Below are positions 1 through 6,702 of a DNA stretch of 13,525 nt, in pieces. The translations under genes were made by a program, and so were the position numbers. The stretch is taken from assembly GCA_046539225.1 (NCBI GenBank), contig JBKHHG010000020.1, positions 1 through 13,525 of the forward strand, read 5' to 3'. Source of the stretch: Candidatus Nanohaloarchaea archaeon (lineage in GTDB: Archaea; Nanohalarchaeota; Nanosalinia; Nanosalinales; Nanosalinaceae). The notes under the pieces were generated by a model. That model saw nothing but the letters and a program-made list of their open reading frames with translations, ran no database searches and had not been told where the DNA came from. Position 1 is the stretch's first letter. Each line of letters opens with the position of its first letter.

Positions 1-217
1 TCAATGCGGCATCATAATCAGTGTTATCAAAGCCGTCAAGCGTAGCCTGGAACGTGGCCTCAGTCTCTTTTACATCAGTAACAGAATCAGTTGTAATATT
101 TATTGCGTCTTCCCCTGTTTCCTGAGTGGTGATCTGGCCGGAGGCAAAAGTCACTGTTAATGCTGCGATTGTTAGAAGTGTTAGGCCTGTTAGTATGTGT
201 TTTCTACCGTAATCCAT
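1..217 (-). CDS. Secreted/surface protein, N-terminal part only (continues beyond window start); possibly Ig/fibronectin-III-like
   Basis: Read by hand, not in the ORF track: ATG at 217, open to the window edge: MDYGRKHILTGLTLLTIAALTVTFASGQITTQETGEDAINITTDSVTDVKETEATFQATLDGFDNTDYDAAL. It has a basic n-region, a hydrophobic h-region and an A-S-G cleavage-like site (signal peptide), then Thr/acidic beta-strand-like sequence. Confidence 0.75.
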   Translation of the reverse strand, partial: MDYGRKHILTGLTLLTIAALTVTFASGQITTQETGEDAINITTDSVTDVKETEATFQATLDGFDNTDYDAAL

Positions 218-285
218 TCTATCTATATTTACTTTCTTTTACATTGTTTTTATTGGTTTTCCGTTTTCTCTATCTAATTCTAAAC

Positions 286-1863
286 CTAGTTTACTGTAAG
301 ATTTCTTTCGTCTGCGTTCTCACTCTCAGTAGTATCCGGTACTGCTATTGAGGCCTGCCACTCATATTCGCTGGCGTTGACTTCTTCTTCAAAGCTTATG
401 CTTTCATCGGATTCACTGATAGGTTCCTCGAAACTGAAAGATTCCGGGTCTTCTTCCTCTCCGGTTTCCTGGCCTGAAACAGTTAGTTCAACGTTAGTTT
501 TCAGATCGAAGTCGGCTTCAAATGTTACGTTGCCATCGATCTCCGCCCCGTCTTCAGGCCTCTCCACGCTGAAGCTTCCGAAGTCGTCATAGGCTCTAGT
601 ATTTTCTATCTCTCTTTCGGATGAATCCCAAGTCCCTCCTTCATCCCTCACTTCTATCCGGTAGTCTTGGACTCCTTCCTCTGAAATCGGAGTGGTTAAA
701 GCATCATCTCCCTCTATAATGTTGAGGCCTGGTTCTAAACGAGTTGAGGCCTCTTCTCTGCCTTCTACCATAACGTAGGCTGTCTGACCTCTACGAGCAT
801 TTTCCACTTGGAACTCGAAGTCTTCTTCCGCTTCAACTGTATCTCCATCCGAAGGACCTGTCAAAGTTATTTCAGCACCTTCATATTCTGGATCGGCTTT
901 CATGTAATCAGTATCAGTCTCGGTGAATCCTTCGGAATCCTCGACTTCTAGGTCGATGTCATAGGGTCCTTCCTCCGGAATCTCGTATTCAACTTCTTCC
1001 CCTTCAAGAGTATCGTTGAAGTCTTCATGGTCAAAAGTCCATCTATACTCCTCAACAGGATTCTCGCTTTCAGTTTCGGAGGCGTCAAATGTAACTGTTT
1101 CTCCAGCATATTCTGGCCCCGATCTCTCAAATGATGGATCAATATCACCTGATATTTCGCCAGAGTCGTCTTCCTCGTAACCCTCTACTTCAAAACTGTC
1201 TGAAATTTCCGAGGCCTCAAGTTCAAGGGTCTCAGTGTTTGGAACTGTGAAGGTGTAGCTTCCTCCGATGGTTGTCTCCGCCTCTTCTCCGTTGACCGTG
1301 AACTCTTCACGGGGTTGAAGCTCGTCGTCCCTGTAAAGCTCCAATCGGGCGGTCTCTCCCGCCACAGGATCCTCTTCAAACCTGAAACCTGTGAAGGCCT
1401 CGTCTTCCTTTCCGTCTTCTTTTGATTCGTTAGAGGGCTTCGAGTCATCGAAACCCGGATTTTCATCTGGTTCGGATTCTTCATCTACAGGAATCAATGT
1501 CGAGGCCTCTGTGTCGTTGATGGATGCATTGATCCTGAAGTCTTTATCCAAGGCCTCGAAACTTATTACGCCTTTAGAGTTGGTGTCGCCGATGTAGAGG
1601 CCTTCCAATCTGACTTCAGCGCCTTCAACCTCTTCTTCGTCTTCCACGACTTTCAACTTGGATACCTGACCCGGGATCAGAGGTTCTTCCTCTGGTATGA
1701 TCTCAAGGCCTTTGGTTTCCCGGGTTTCACCCGGTTCCTGAAGATTCAGTATCAGGGCTCCGAGAACAAGTCCGAGGACTACTATAACGATTGCCCAGTA
1801 AGTCAGAAGTCTTTCATCCAGTTCGTACTGCCCGACTTGCATACCTCTGTAAACCTCTACCAT
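286..1863 (-). CDS. Membrane-anchored acidic cell-surface protein with a PKD domain and several Ig-like modules
   Basis: N-terminal TM helix (YWAIVIVVLGLVLGALIL); PKD signature AGETVTFDAS..S...VEEYRWTFD...G..VEY....G.Y.I.LEVEDSEG; two P-x-D-G Ig-type modules (GPSDGDTV, RPEDGAEI); 7 N-x-S/T sequons. The true start may be the second ATG at 1842 (TTAAAA box at 1872-1877 is ~30 nt upstream of it). Confidence 0.85.
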   Translation of the reverse strand: MVEVYRGMQVGQYELDERLLTYWAIVIVVLGLVLGALILNLQEPGETRETKGLEIIPEEEPLIPGQVSKLKVVEDEEEVEGAEVRLEGLYIGDTNSKGVISFEALDKDFRINASINDTEASTLIPVDEESEPDENPGFDDSKPSNESKEDGKEDEAFTGFRFEEDPVAGETARLELYRDDELQPREEFTVNGEEAETTIGGSYTFTVPNTETLELEASEISDSFEVEGYEEDDSGEISGDIDPSFERSGPEYAGETVTFDASETESENPVEEYRWTFDHEDFNDTLEGEEVEYEIPEEGPYDIDLEVEDSEGFTETDTDYMKADPEYEGAEITLTGPSDGDTVEAEEDFEFQVENARRGQTAYVMVEGREEASTRLEPGLNIIEGDDALTTPISEEGVQDYRIEVRDEGGTWDSSEREIENTRAYDDFGSFSVERPEDGAEIDGNVTFEADFDLKTNVELTVSGQETGEEEDPESFSFEEPISESDESISFEEEVNASEYEWQASIAVPDTTESENADERNLTVN

Positions 1864-1954
1864 CTATTCCATTTTAAGTCTACCGCCCGGCAGCCCACAG
1901 CTTTTAGAGCCCTAAAGAACAAGTTAAAGGCCTCAAAACTTGGCTTCAGGCCCT

Positions 1955-3370
1955 TCAACCCTTGATATTCACTACAGGCCTCATCCTGGCTACTTTCTCG
2001 CCGATTCCAAGGCTATCTGAGACTTCGATAACTTCATCCACATCCTTGTAGCTTCCAGGGGCTTCTTCAGCGATCGTAGAGCCCGAGGCGGCTTTGACGT
2101 GGATTCCTTCACGTTTCAGGTCGTTTTTAACGTCTTCTCCCCAGTAATCCTGCTTGGACTGCGACCTGCTCTTCAAACGGCCGGCGCCATGAGCCGTAGA
2201 GCCGAAGGAAAGCTGCATAGAGGCCTCTCCACCTGAAAGAATATAGCTGGAGGTTCCCATTGTTCCAGGAATCAGTACTGGCTGGCCTGATTCGCGGTAG
2301 GCCTCTGGAACTTTTTCATGTCCTGGGGGGAAGGCCCGTGTCGCGCCTTTCCTGTGGACGATAACGTCTTTCTCCTCTCCACCTACTTCATGGGTTTCTT
2401 CTTTCGCGATATTGTGGCAGACGTCGTAGACCATCTCTACTTCCTGATGGTCGAGCAAAGTATCGAAACATTCTCTCACAGCCTGTGTCAAGGCCTGTCT
2501 ATTGGCCCAGGCGAAGTTCGCAGATGCATACATCGCCTCCTTGTAGTCCTGCGCTTCCTGAGAGCCTATAGGAGCGTAGATCAAGTTTTTCTCCGGGATG
2601 CTCGATGCAATATCTGGAAACGCTTTTTCGAACTCTCTGACGTAGTCGGAGCAGGTCTGATGCCCTAAACCCCGGGAACCTGAGTGTATCATGACCAGTA
2701 CCTGATCTTTTTCCAAGCCGTAGGCCTCAGCTTTTTCCTCATTGAATACGTTTTCAACTACCTGGACCTCCAGGAAGTGGTTTCCGCTGCCAAGACTCCC
2801 CAGCTGTTTCAGGCCTCGTTCTTTAGCTTCTTCAGGAACTTTTTCCGGGTTTCCGGGCAGTCTACCTGATTCTTCGCATCTTTCAAGGTCTTTCTCCTGG
2901 GCGTGACCGTTTTCAAGCATCCATTCCATTCCTTTTTCGAGTATCTGCTCCATTTCTTCTCTGTCGATGTCGATGTAGCCTCCTTTTCCGAGGCCTACCG
3001 GGATCTTGGAGTATAGAATGTTGGCGAGCTGCTCCTCTTTTCCCTGCAGGTCTTCTTTTGTTAGGCCTGTTTTGAGGACTCTGACGCCGCAGTTGATGTC
3101 GAAGCCGATTCCTCCCGGGCTTATAAGGCCTTTTTCTGCGTCGAACGCTGCTACACCGCCTATAGGAAATCCGTAGCCCTGGTGACCATCGGGCATGACG
3201 CATACGTGTTTTTCGACTCCCGGCAGCTCTGCCATGTTGCAGGCCTGTTGTAGGGTGTCGTCGCCTTTGATGTTTTCAAGGAGTTTTTCCGAGGCGTACA
3301 CCTTTGCAGGCACGTTCATTTCTTCCTCGAAGATGTTGTAGATATTGTCTTCGACTTTTTCGATCTCCAT
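1955..3370 (-). CDS. rtcB: RtcB RNA-splicing/repair ligase (3'-phosphate/5'-OH ligase)
   Basis: RtcB motifs present: MPDGHQGYGFPIGGV, SPGGIGFDINCGVR, QLGSLGSGNHFLEVQ, HSGSRGLGHQ, HNIAK, HRKGAT, STAHGAGR (guanylylated His), EEAPGSYKDV. Start placed at ATG 3370 (MEIEKV) because the ORF-track extension to 3442 overlaps archease. Confidence 0.97.
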   Translation of the reverse strand: MEIEKVEDNIYNIFEEEMNVPAKVYASEKLLENIKGDDTLQQACNMAELPGVEKHVCVMPDGHQGYGFPIGGVAAFDAEKGLISPGGIGFDINCGVRVLKTGLTKEDLQGKEEQLANILYSKIPVGLGKGGYIDIDREEMEQILEKGMEWMLENGHAQEKDLERCEESGRLPGNPEKVPEEAKERGLKQLGSLGSGNHFLEVQVVENVFNEEKAEAYGLEKDQVLVMIHSGSRGLGHQTCSDYVREFEKAFPDIASSIPEKNLIYAPIGSQEAQDYKEAMYASANFAWANRQALTQAVRECFDTLLDHQEVEMVYDVCHNIAKEETHEVGGEEKDVIVHRKGATRAFPPGHEKVPEAYRESGQPVLIPGTMGTSSYILSGGEASMQLSFGSTAHGAGRLKSRSQSKQDYWGEDVKNDLKREGIHVKAASGSTIAEEAPGSYKDVDEVIEVSDSLGIGEKVARMRPVVNIKG

Positions 3371-3401
3371 GTTCAGCTTTGGGGGTAAAAAACTTTTGAA
3401 G
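3371..3401 (-). promoter_or_regulatory. Candidate BRE/TATA-like element for rtcB (CAAAAGTTTTTTA)
   Basis: AT box at 3386-3398 in the 31-nt archease-rtcB spacer, similar to the AAAA(G/C)TTT elements upstream of 4445 and dph2. Confidence 0.35.
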
Positions 3402-3812
3402 TTAGACATCGAGAACCGCTTCCAGCACCCACCCGTCTTCAAAGTCGACTTTCATCTCGTTGTACGTCGGCGCCTTTATATCGAGAAGGCTCATGTCGGA
3501 TGTGATGTTGTCGACAAGCACCGAGGCCTCGATCCGCCACTCATCTTCTAACTCTTCCACATCCATCTCTTCTGCATGAGAAATAGCGACGCCTTCAGTC
3601 TCCTGGAGAAGGATCAGGCGGTCGAGAAAGTCGTAGAGCAAGGCCTCCAGGGACTCGCTTTTTACGTTAATGGTGTGATGGTACATTCCCTCTGTGTCGC
3701 CGCCGACGATCTCGGCAAAGGCCTTTACTGCTTCTGAAAAAGCTTCTTCTATGGATTCGCCTGAAGCCCTGAATTTTTCGTCTGCCGAGTGTTCAAGTAT
3801 CTTGTAGCTCAC
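3402..3812 (-). CDS. Archease (RtcB activator)
   Basis: N-terminal YKILEHSAD, E..F..A..A, SLEALLYDFLDRL, IKAPTYNEM and C-terminal AVLDV match the archease family; adjacent to rtcB. The GTG start overlaps the upstream stop (GTGA). Confidence 0.95.
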   Translation of the reverse strand: MSYKILEHSADEKFRASGESIEEAFSEAVKAFAEIVGGDTEGMYHHTINVKSESLEALLYDFLDRLILLQETEGVAISHAEEMDVEELEDEWRIEASVLVDNITSDMSLLDIKAPTYNEMKVDFEDGWVLEAVLDV

Positions 3813-4369
3813 CTGATGTACACCTCGAGAACCCTGTCCATTAGTTTTTTGGTCTCTTCCACACTTAACTCTGTATCATCGATCACTATATCGTATACCG
3901 ATAGATCATCGAGATCTATTCCGTAGTGCCGGGCATACCTCTCCGCATCGCTTCTATCCCTTTTCTCCACTTTTTTCAAGGCCTCTTCTCTTCCAATGTT
4001 TTCACGTTTCGCCACTCTTCTACCCCTTTCCTCAGGATCGGCTTTCAGCCTCAGCTTCAGATCCGTGAAACCGTCCAGAACTCTTGAACCTATACGCGAA
4101 TCGATGACACAGCTCTCGGAGAGGCCTTTCTCAAAAATTTTCCTGTCAACGTCCAAGTCAAGCTCTTTCCTGGCCTCGCCGCTTAACTCTTCCAGATCGA
4201 GGCCTTTTTCCTCCGCAGCCTGTCTAAATATTTCGCCGGCTGAGACACGTTTTGCACCAAGCTTTTCCGCTGTATAATCCGCTAAAACGTCTTTACCTGC
4301 TCCCGCCTTGCCATCAATCATTACAAGTACATCGGACTCTCTTTCGCCTTTCAGGTCAAGGCCTTCCAT
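3809..4369 (-). CDS. cmk: Archaeal-type cytidylate kinase (NMP kinase family)
   Basis: P-loop DGKAGAGKD, SAGEIFRQAAEEKG, DLDVDR, IDSRIG, LKADPEERGRRVAKRE and RYARHYGIDLDDLSVYDIVID match archaeal CMP kinases. Confidence 0.88.
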   Translation of the reverse strand: MEGLDLKGERESDVLVMIDGKAGAGKDVLADYTAEKLGAKRVSAGEIFRQAAEEKGLDLEELSGEARKELDLDVDRKIFEKGLSESCVIDSRIGSRVLDGFTDLKLRLKADPEERGRRVAKRENIGREEALKKVEKRDRSDAERYARHYGIDLDDLSVYDIVIDDTELSVEETKKLMDRVLEVYIR

Positions 4370-4444
4370 AAACTTTGTATCGTGTCAAGAGGCTTTAAAC
4401 CCACACCGCAATAAGTAAAAACTTTTGTCTCTTGAAGGTAAACA
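4370..4444. promoter_or_regulatory. Divergent promoter region between cmk and the winged-helix gene
   Basis: TTTAAA at 4394-4399 (25-30 nt upstream of the cmk ATG); TAAAAACTTTT at 4416-4426 upstream of ATG 4445. Confidence 0.55.
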
Positions 4445-5488
4445 ATGAGTGATGAGGAGCTGGCCGATATACACGCAGCCCTGAGCGACCAGAGAAAAAT
4501 CGAGGCCTTGAGATATATTCCGGATTCAGAATCTCAGAAAGATGTCGCCGAGGAGATAGGAGCATCTGATGGGACTGTAAGCAAGTATATCTCTGAATTC
4601 GAGGACACAGGCCTCCTTGAACGCATTCCTCTTCGGCATTATGAACTGACGGAGAGAGGCGAGAAAGCTCTTTCCAGCGAGCTATTGGAGGCCTCCACAC
4701 AGGCCGTTAAAGACCCTTTGGAGGATCTATGGCCGGCTCTCGCCTATGCATCCTGCAACAATCCTGAATACGCGGGCGACATAAACCTGAGACAGATAGC
4801 GAGACAGAAAGGTATCAAAACCCGGTATGTAACACGTATATTTCAAAAAGCGGAAGGTTCAGGTTATATAGAGAAAAACGGATGGGGCGACTACAGCATC
4901 ACCGAAAAAGGCGCGGAGCTGGTGCAGGAAGGATTCGATTTTGAGGAAGAAAACGTAGAGTATCAGGAAAATGACTGGAGAGGCCTGATCGAAAGACTGG
5001 AGGAACAGGATGAAATTGACCGGCTCTGGCCGGCTTTGTGTTATGCATTTACGGACTCGATAAACCAGAAAGACCTGAATGATAAAGGTTTTACGACCGC
5101 CGCTCTCAAAGAAATTTTTAACTCTGCCGAAGACCAGAACTACATCGAAAAAGAAGGCCTCAACTTTCAGATAACCGAGGAAGGATCGGAGATCGTACAG
5201 AAAGGATTCGATTTTGAAAAGAAAACCGTGGAGTATCAGGAAAATGACTGGGAAGCCTTGATCGAAAGACTGGAGGAGAAGAATAGAGATAAAGACCGGG
5301 AAGGCTCCGTAAGCACCCGGGAAGTGAAGACGGTTAACACCGACTCTATAATCCTTGAAGGAGGCCTGATCATTCCAAAAAACCGTGGAAGTTTTCCAAA
5401 GGTAGAAGAAGGCGACGAGATCCGGGTTGAGAACACTGGAGAGAGGCACAGGCATACACCTTTTGAAAGAGCCGCTCCACTCGACTGA
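4445..5488 (+). CDS. Multi-winged-helix DNA-binding protein (ArsR/MarR-like N-terminal wHTH, two duplicated wHTH-like units, small C-terminal beta domain)
   Basis: ALSDQRKIEALRYI...SQKDVAEEIGASDGTVSKYISEFEDTGLLER...YELTERG is a classic wHTH. Two further repeats follow the pattern LWPAL.YA...IF..AE...YIEK.G...ITE.G.E.VQ.GFDFE...VEYQENDW..LIERLEE. Confidence 0.85.
   Translation: MSDEELADIHAALSDQRKIEALRYIPDSESQKDVAEEIGASDGTVSKYISEFEDTGLLERIPLRHYELTERGEKALSSELLEASTQAVKDPLEDLWPALAYASCNNPEYAGDINLRQIARQKGIKTRYVTRIFQKAEGSGYIEKNGWGDYSITEKGAELVQEGFDFEEENVEYQENDWRGLIERLEEQDEIDRLWPALCYAFTDSINQKDLNDKGFTTAALKEIFNSAEDQNYIEKEGLNFQITEEGSEIVQKGFDFEKKTVEYQENDWEALIERLEEKNRDKDREGSVSTREVKTVNTDSIILEGGLIIPKNRGSFPKVEEGDEIRVENTGERHRHTPFERAAPLD
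4922..5277 (+). repeat. Intragenic direct repeat, period 273 nt (91 codons)
   Basis: Identical blocks: AAGGATTCGATTTTGA (4929/5202), GAGTATCAGGAAAATGACTGG (4958/5231), TGATCGAAAGACTGGAGGA (4986/5259). Confidence 0.95.
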
Positions 5489-5536
5489 AAGCAGGAAAAC
5501 CGGGTTTCATTACTTTAAGCGAGGAGTAAAAATTCA

Positions 5537-5938
5537 ATGAGTTCAGGAAAAGAAAATGGTTTGACAACGGAAGAGATAAAGCGGCTTCAAAGTATTAAAG
5601 AAGAACAGGCTAAAACAAATACCAGTAAAACGTATCCTGATGAGTGGAGTGGCGGAGAACTGGATGATCATTTCTACCAGCAGGAGTATCTGGATGTAGC
5701 GACTGAGGTAAAAGATTCTGGGAGAGACCTGGTAAAAACAAGCCGTATCGCCGATTCTGTAGATCTGGGGACGCGGCAGACCGGCCAGTACCTGAAAAAT
5801 ATCGCGTATGCGTTGGGCGTGGCAGCGGAGGACTACAGGTTCATGGAGACTTCACAGCTTACGTGGAATCTGGAGGCCTTCCGGAATGAGGAGCTTGAAG
5901 AGTTCTGTAGAGAAATCGCCAACGGCCTAAACAGTTGA
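5537..5938 (+). CDS. Hypothetical small winged-helix/HTH protein
   Basis: VKTSRIADSVDLGTRQTGQYLKNIA resembles an HTH, and a later TW motif recalls small haloarchaeal wHTH proteins (DUF7123-like, from memory). Acidic composition; TTTAAG and GAGGAG upstream. Confidence 0.65.
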   Translation: MSSGKENGLTTEEIKRLQSIKEEQAKTNTSKTYPDEWSGGELDDHFYQQEYLDVATEVKDSGRDLVKTSRIADSVDLGTRQTGQYLKNIAYALGVAAEDYRFMETSQLTWNLEAFRNEELEEFCREIANGLNS

Positions 5939-5955
5939 TTCAAATACTGGAAAAG

Positions 5956-6030
5956 CGCGGAGCCCGGGATTTGAACCCGGGTCTTCACCGTGACAGGGTG
6001 AAATGATGGGCCGGACTACACCAGCTCCGC
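5956..6030 (-). tRNA. tRNA-Asp (GTC), intron-less, CCA not encoded
   Basis: Reverse complement folds as a cloverleaf: acceptor GCGGAGC/GCTCCGC, D arm GTGTAGTCCGGCCCATCAT, anticodon stem TCACC/GGTGA with loop CTGTCAC, T arm CCGGG-TTCAAAT-CCCGG, discriminator G; followed by CTTTT. Confidence 0.98.
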
Positions 6031-6060
6031 TAATTGTATCTCAGTATTGAACTGGAATTC

Positions 6061-6067
6061 TTTTAAA
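6061..6067 (-). promoter_or_regulatory. TATA box of tRNA-Asp (TTTAAAA)
   Basis: TTTAAAA on the minus strand 31-37 nt upstream of the mature tRNA 5' end. Confidence 0.65.
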
Positions 6068-6076
6068 TGGTTCAAA

Positions 6077-6562
6077 CTAGTTCTCAGGAAGAAACCCGGT
6101 CTCACCTACTAGGCCTTCCATTTTCCACACAACTAAACTCCCTATCAAAAATCCAATTAAAGCACCCGCTACAACATCCTGGATAAAGTGGACGCCTATC
6201 ACGACTCTTCCGATAGCTACAAGAGATGCAACAGAGATAAACCAGTATCTAAGGCTTCTGTAACGCCATCCTAAGACTGCTGCAACCATGAAAGCTGTAG
6301 CGGCATGGCCTGATGGGAAAGAGTAGGTGAGAACTTCTTCGGCTCCAGAAGGCCTAGGAACAGCAAAAAATATTTTCAAGCCATGGACAACCAAGGAATT
6401 GATTACAGATGCTACTAAAAGTACTCTACCGGTGATTTTTTCATCCAAGAACTCTAAAGTTATGATGTAAATAGGCAGCATATACAGGGATCCCAGGCCT
6501 ACGATCTCCCCGAATCCTTTTTCAATCAGAACTTCTAAACCAACATCTTCAAAATCCATCAT
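6077..6562 (-). CDS. PAP2-family membrane phosphatase (lipid-carrier pyrophosphate phosphatase-like)
   Basis: All three PAP2 motifs: K-x5-PRP (LKIFFAVPRP), SFPSGHA, GRVVIGVHFIQDVVAG; several TM segments. Confidence 0.93.
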   Translation of the reverse strand: MMDFEDVGLEVLIEKGFGEIVGLGSLYMLPIYIITLEFLDEKITGRVLLVASVINSLVVHGLKIFFAVPRPSGAEEVLTYSFPSGHAATAFMVAAVLGWRYRSLRYWFISVASLVAIGRVVIGVHFIQDVVAGALIGFLIGSLVVWKMEGLVGETGFLPEN

Positions 6563-6673
6563 TCTAAGCTTGATATGAAATGAATATTGAAGTAAGTTAA
6601 CGTTTAAACTTCAACTATTCCCGATATCTTTAAAACCAAATAAAAGGTATGAATCTATTTATTTGTCCAGTTA

Positions 6674-6680
6674 TTTTAAG
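6674..6680 (+). promoter_or_regulatory. TATA-like box of the GT2 gene (likely leaderless)
   Basis: TTTTAAG 23-29 nt upstream of ATG 6703. Confidence 0.5.
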
Positions 6681-6702
6681 TTTCCTTTTCTCTTCGTAAT
6701 CT

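Noticed and set aside
3371..3442. N-terminal extension of RtcB given in the ORF track (MKTGGCW...)
   Set aside because: It overlaps the archease 3' end, is not acidic and is not RtcB-like; ATG 3370 fits better.
4922..5277. Diversity-generating retroelement TR/VR pair
   Set aside because: Differences between the copies are not confined to adenines of one copy (they include G/C and C/T changes and go in both directions), both copies are in-frame coding, and no reverse transcriptase is in the window.
5495..5508. GAAAACCGGGTTTC near-palindrome after the wHTH gene as a terminator or att remnant
   Set aside because: The loop is too short for a hairpin, and the similarity to the tRNA T arm is too weak to distinguish from chance.
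4370..6030. Integrated element at tRNA-Asp carrying the two wHTH genes
   Set aside because: No duplicate of the tRNA 3' end (att site) and no integrase seen; AGGCCT density in the large wHTH gene is host-like.
5956..6030. Intron or BHB motif in tRNA-Asp as a local RtcB substrate
   Set aside because: The tRNA is a contiguous 75-nt cloverleaf with a normal 7-nt anticodon loop.
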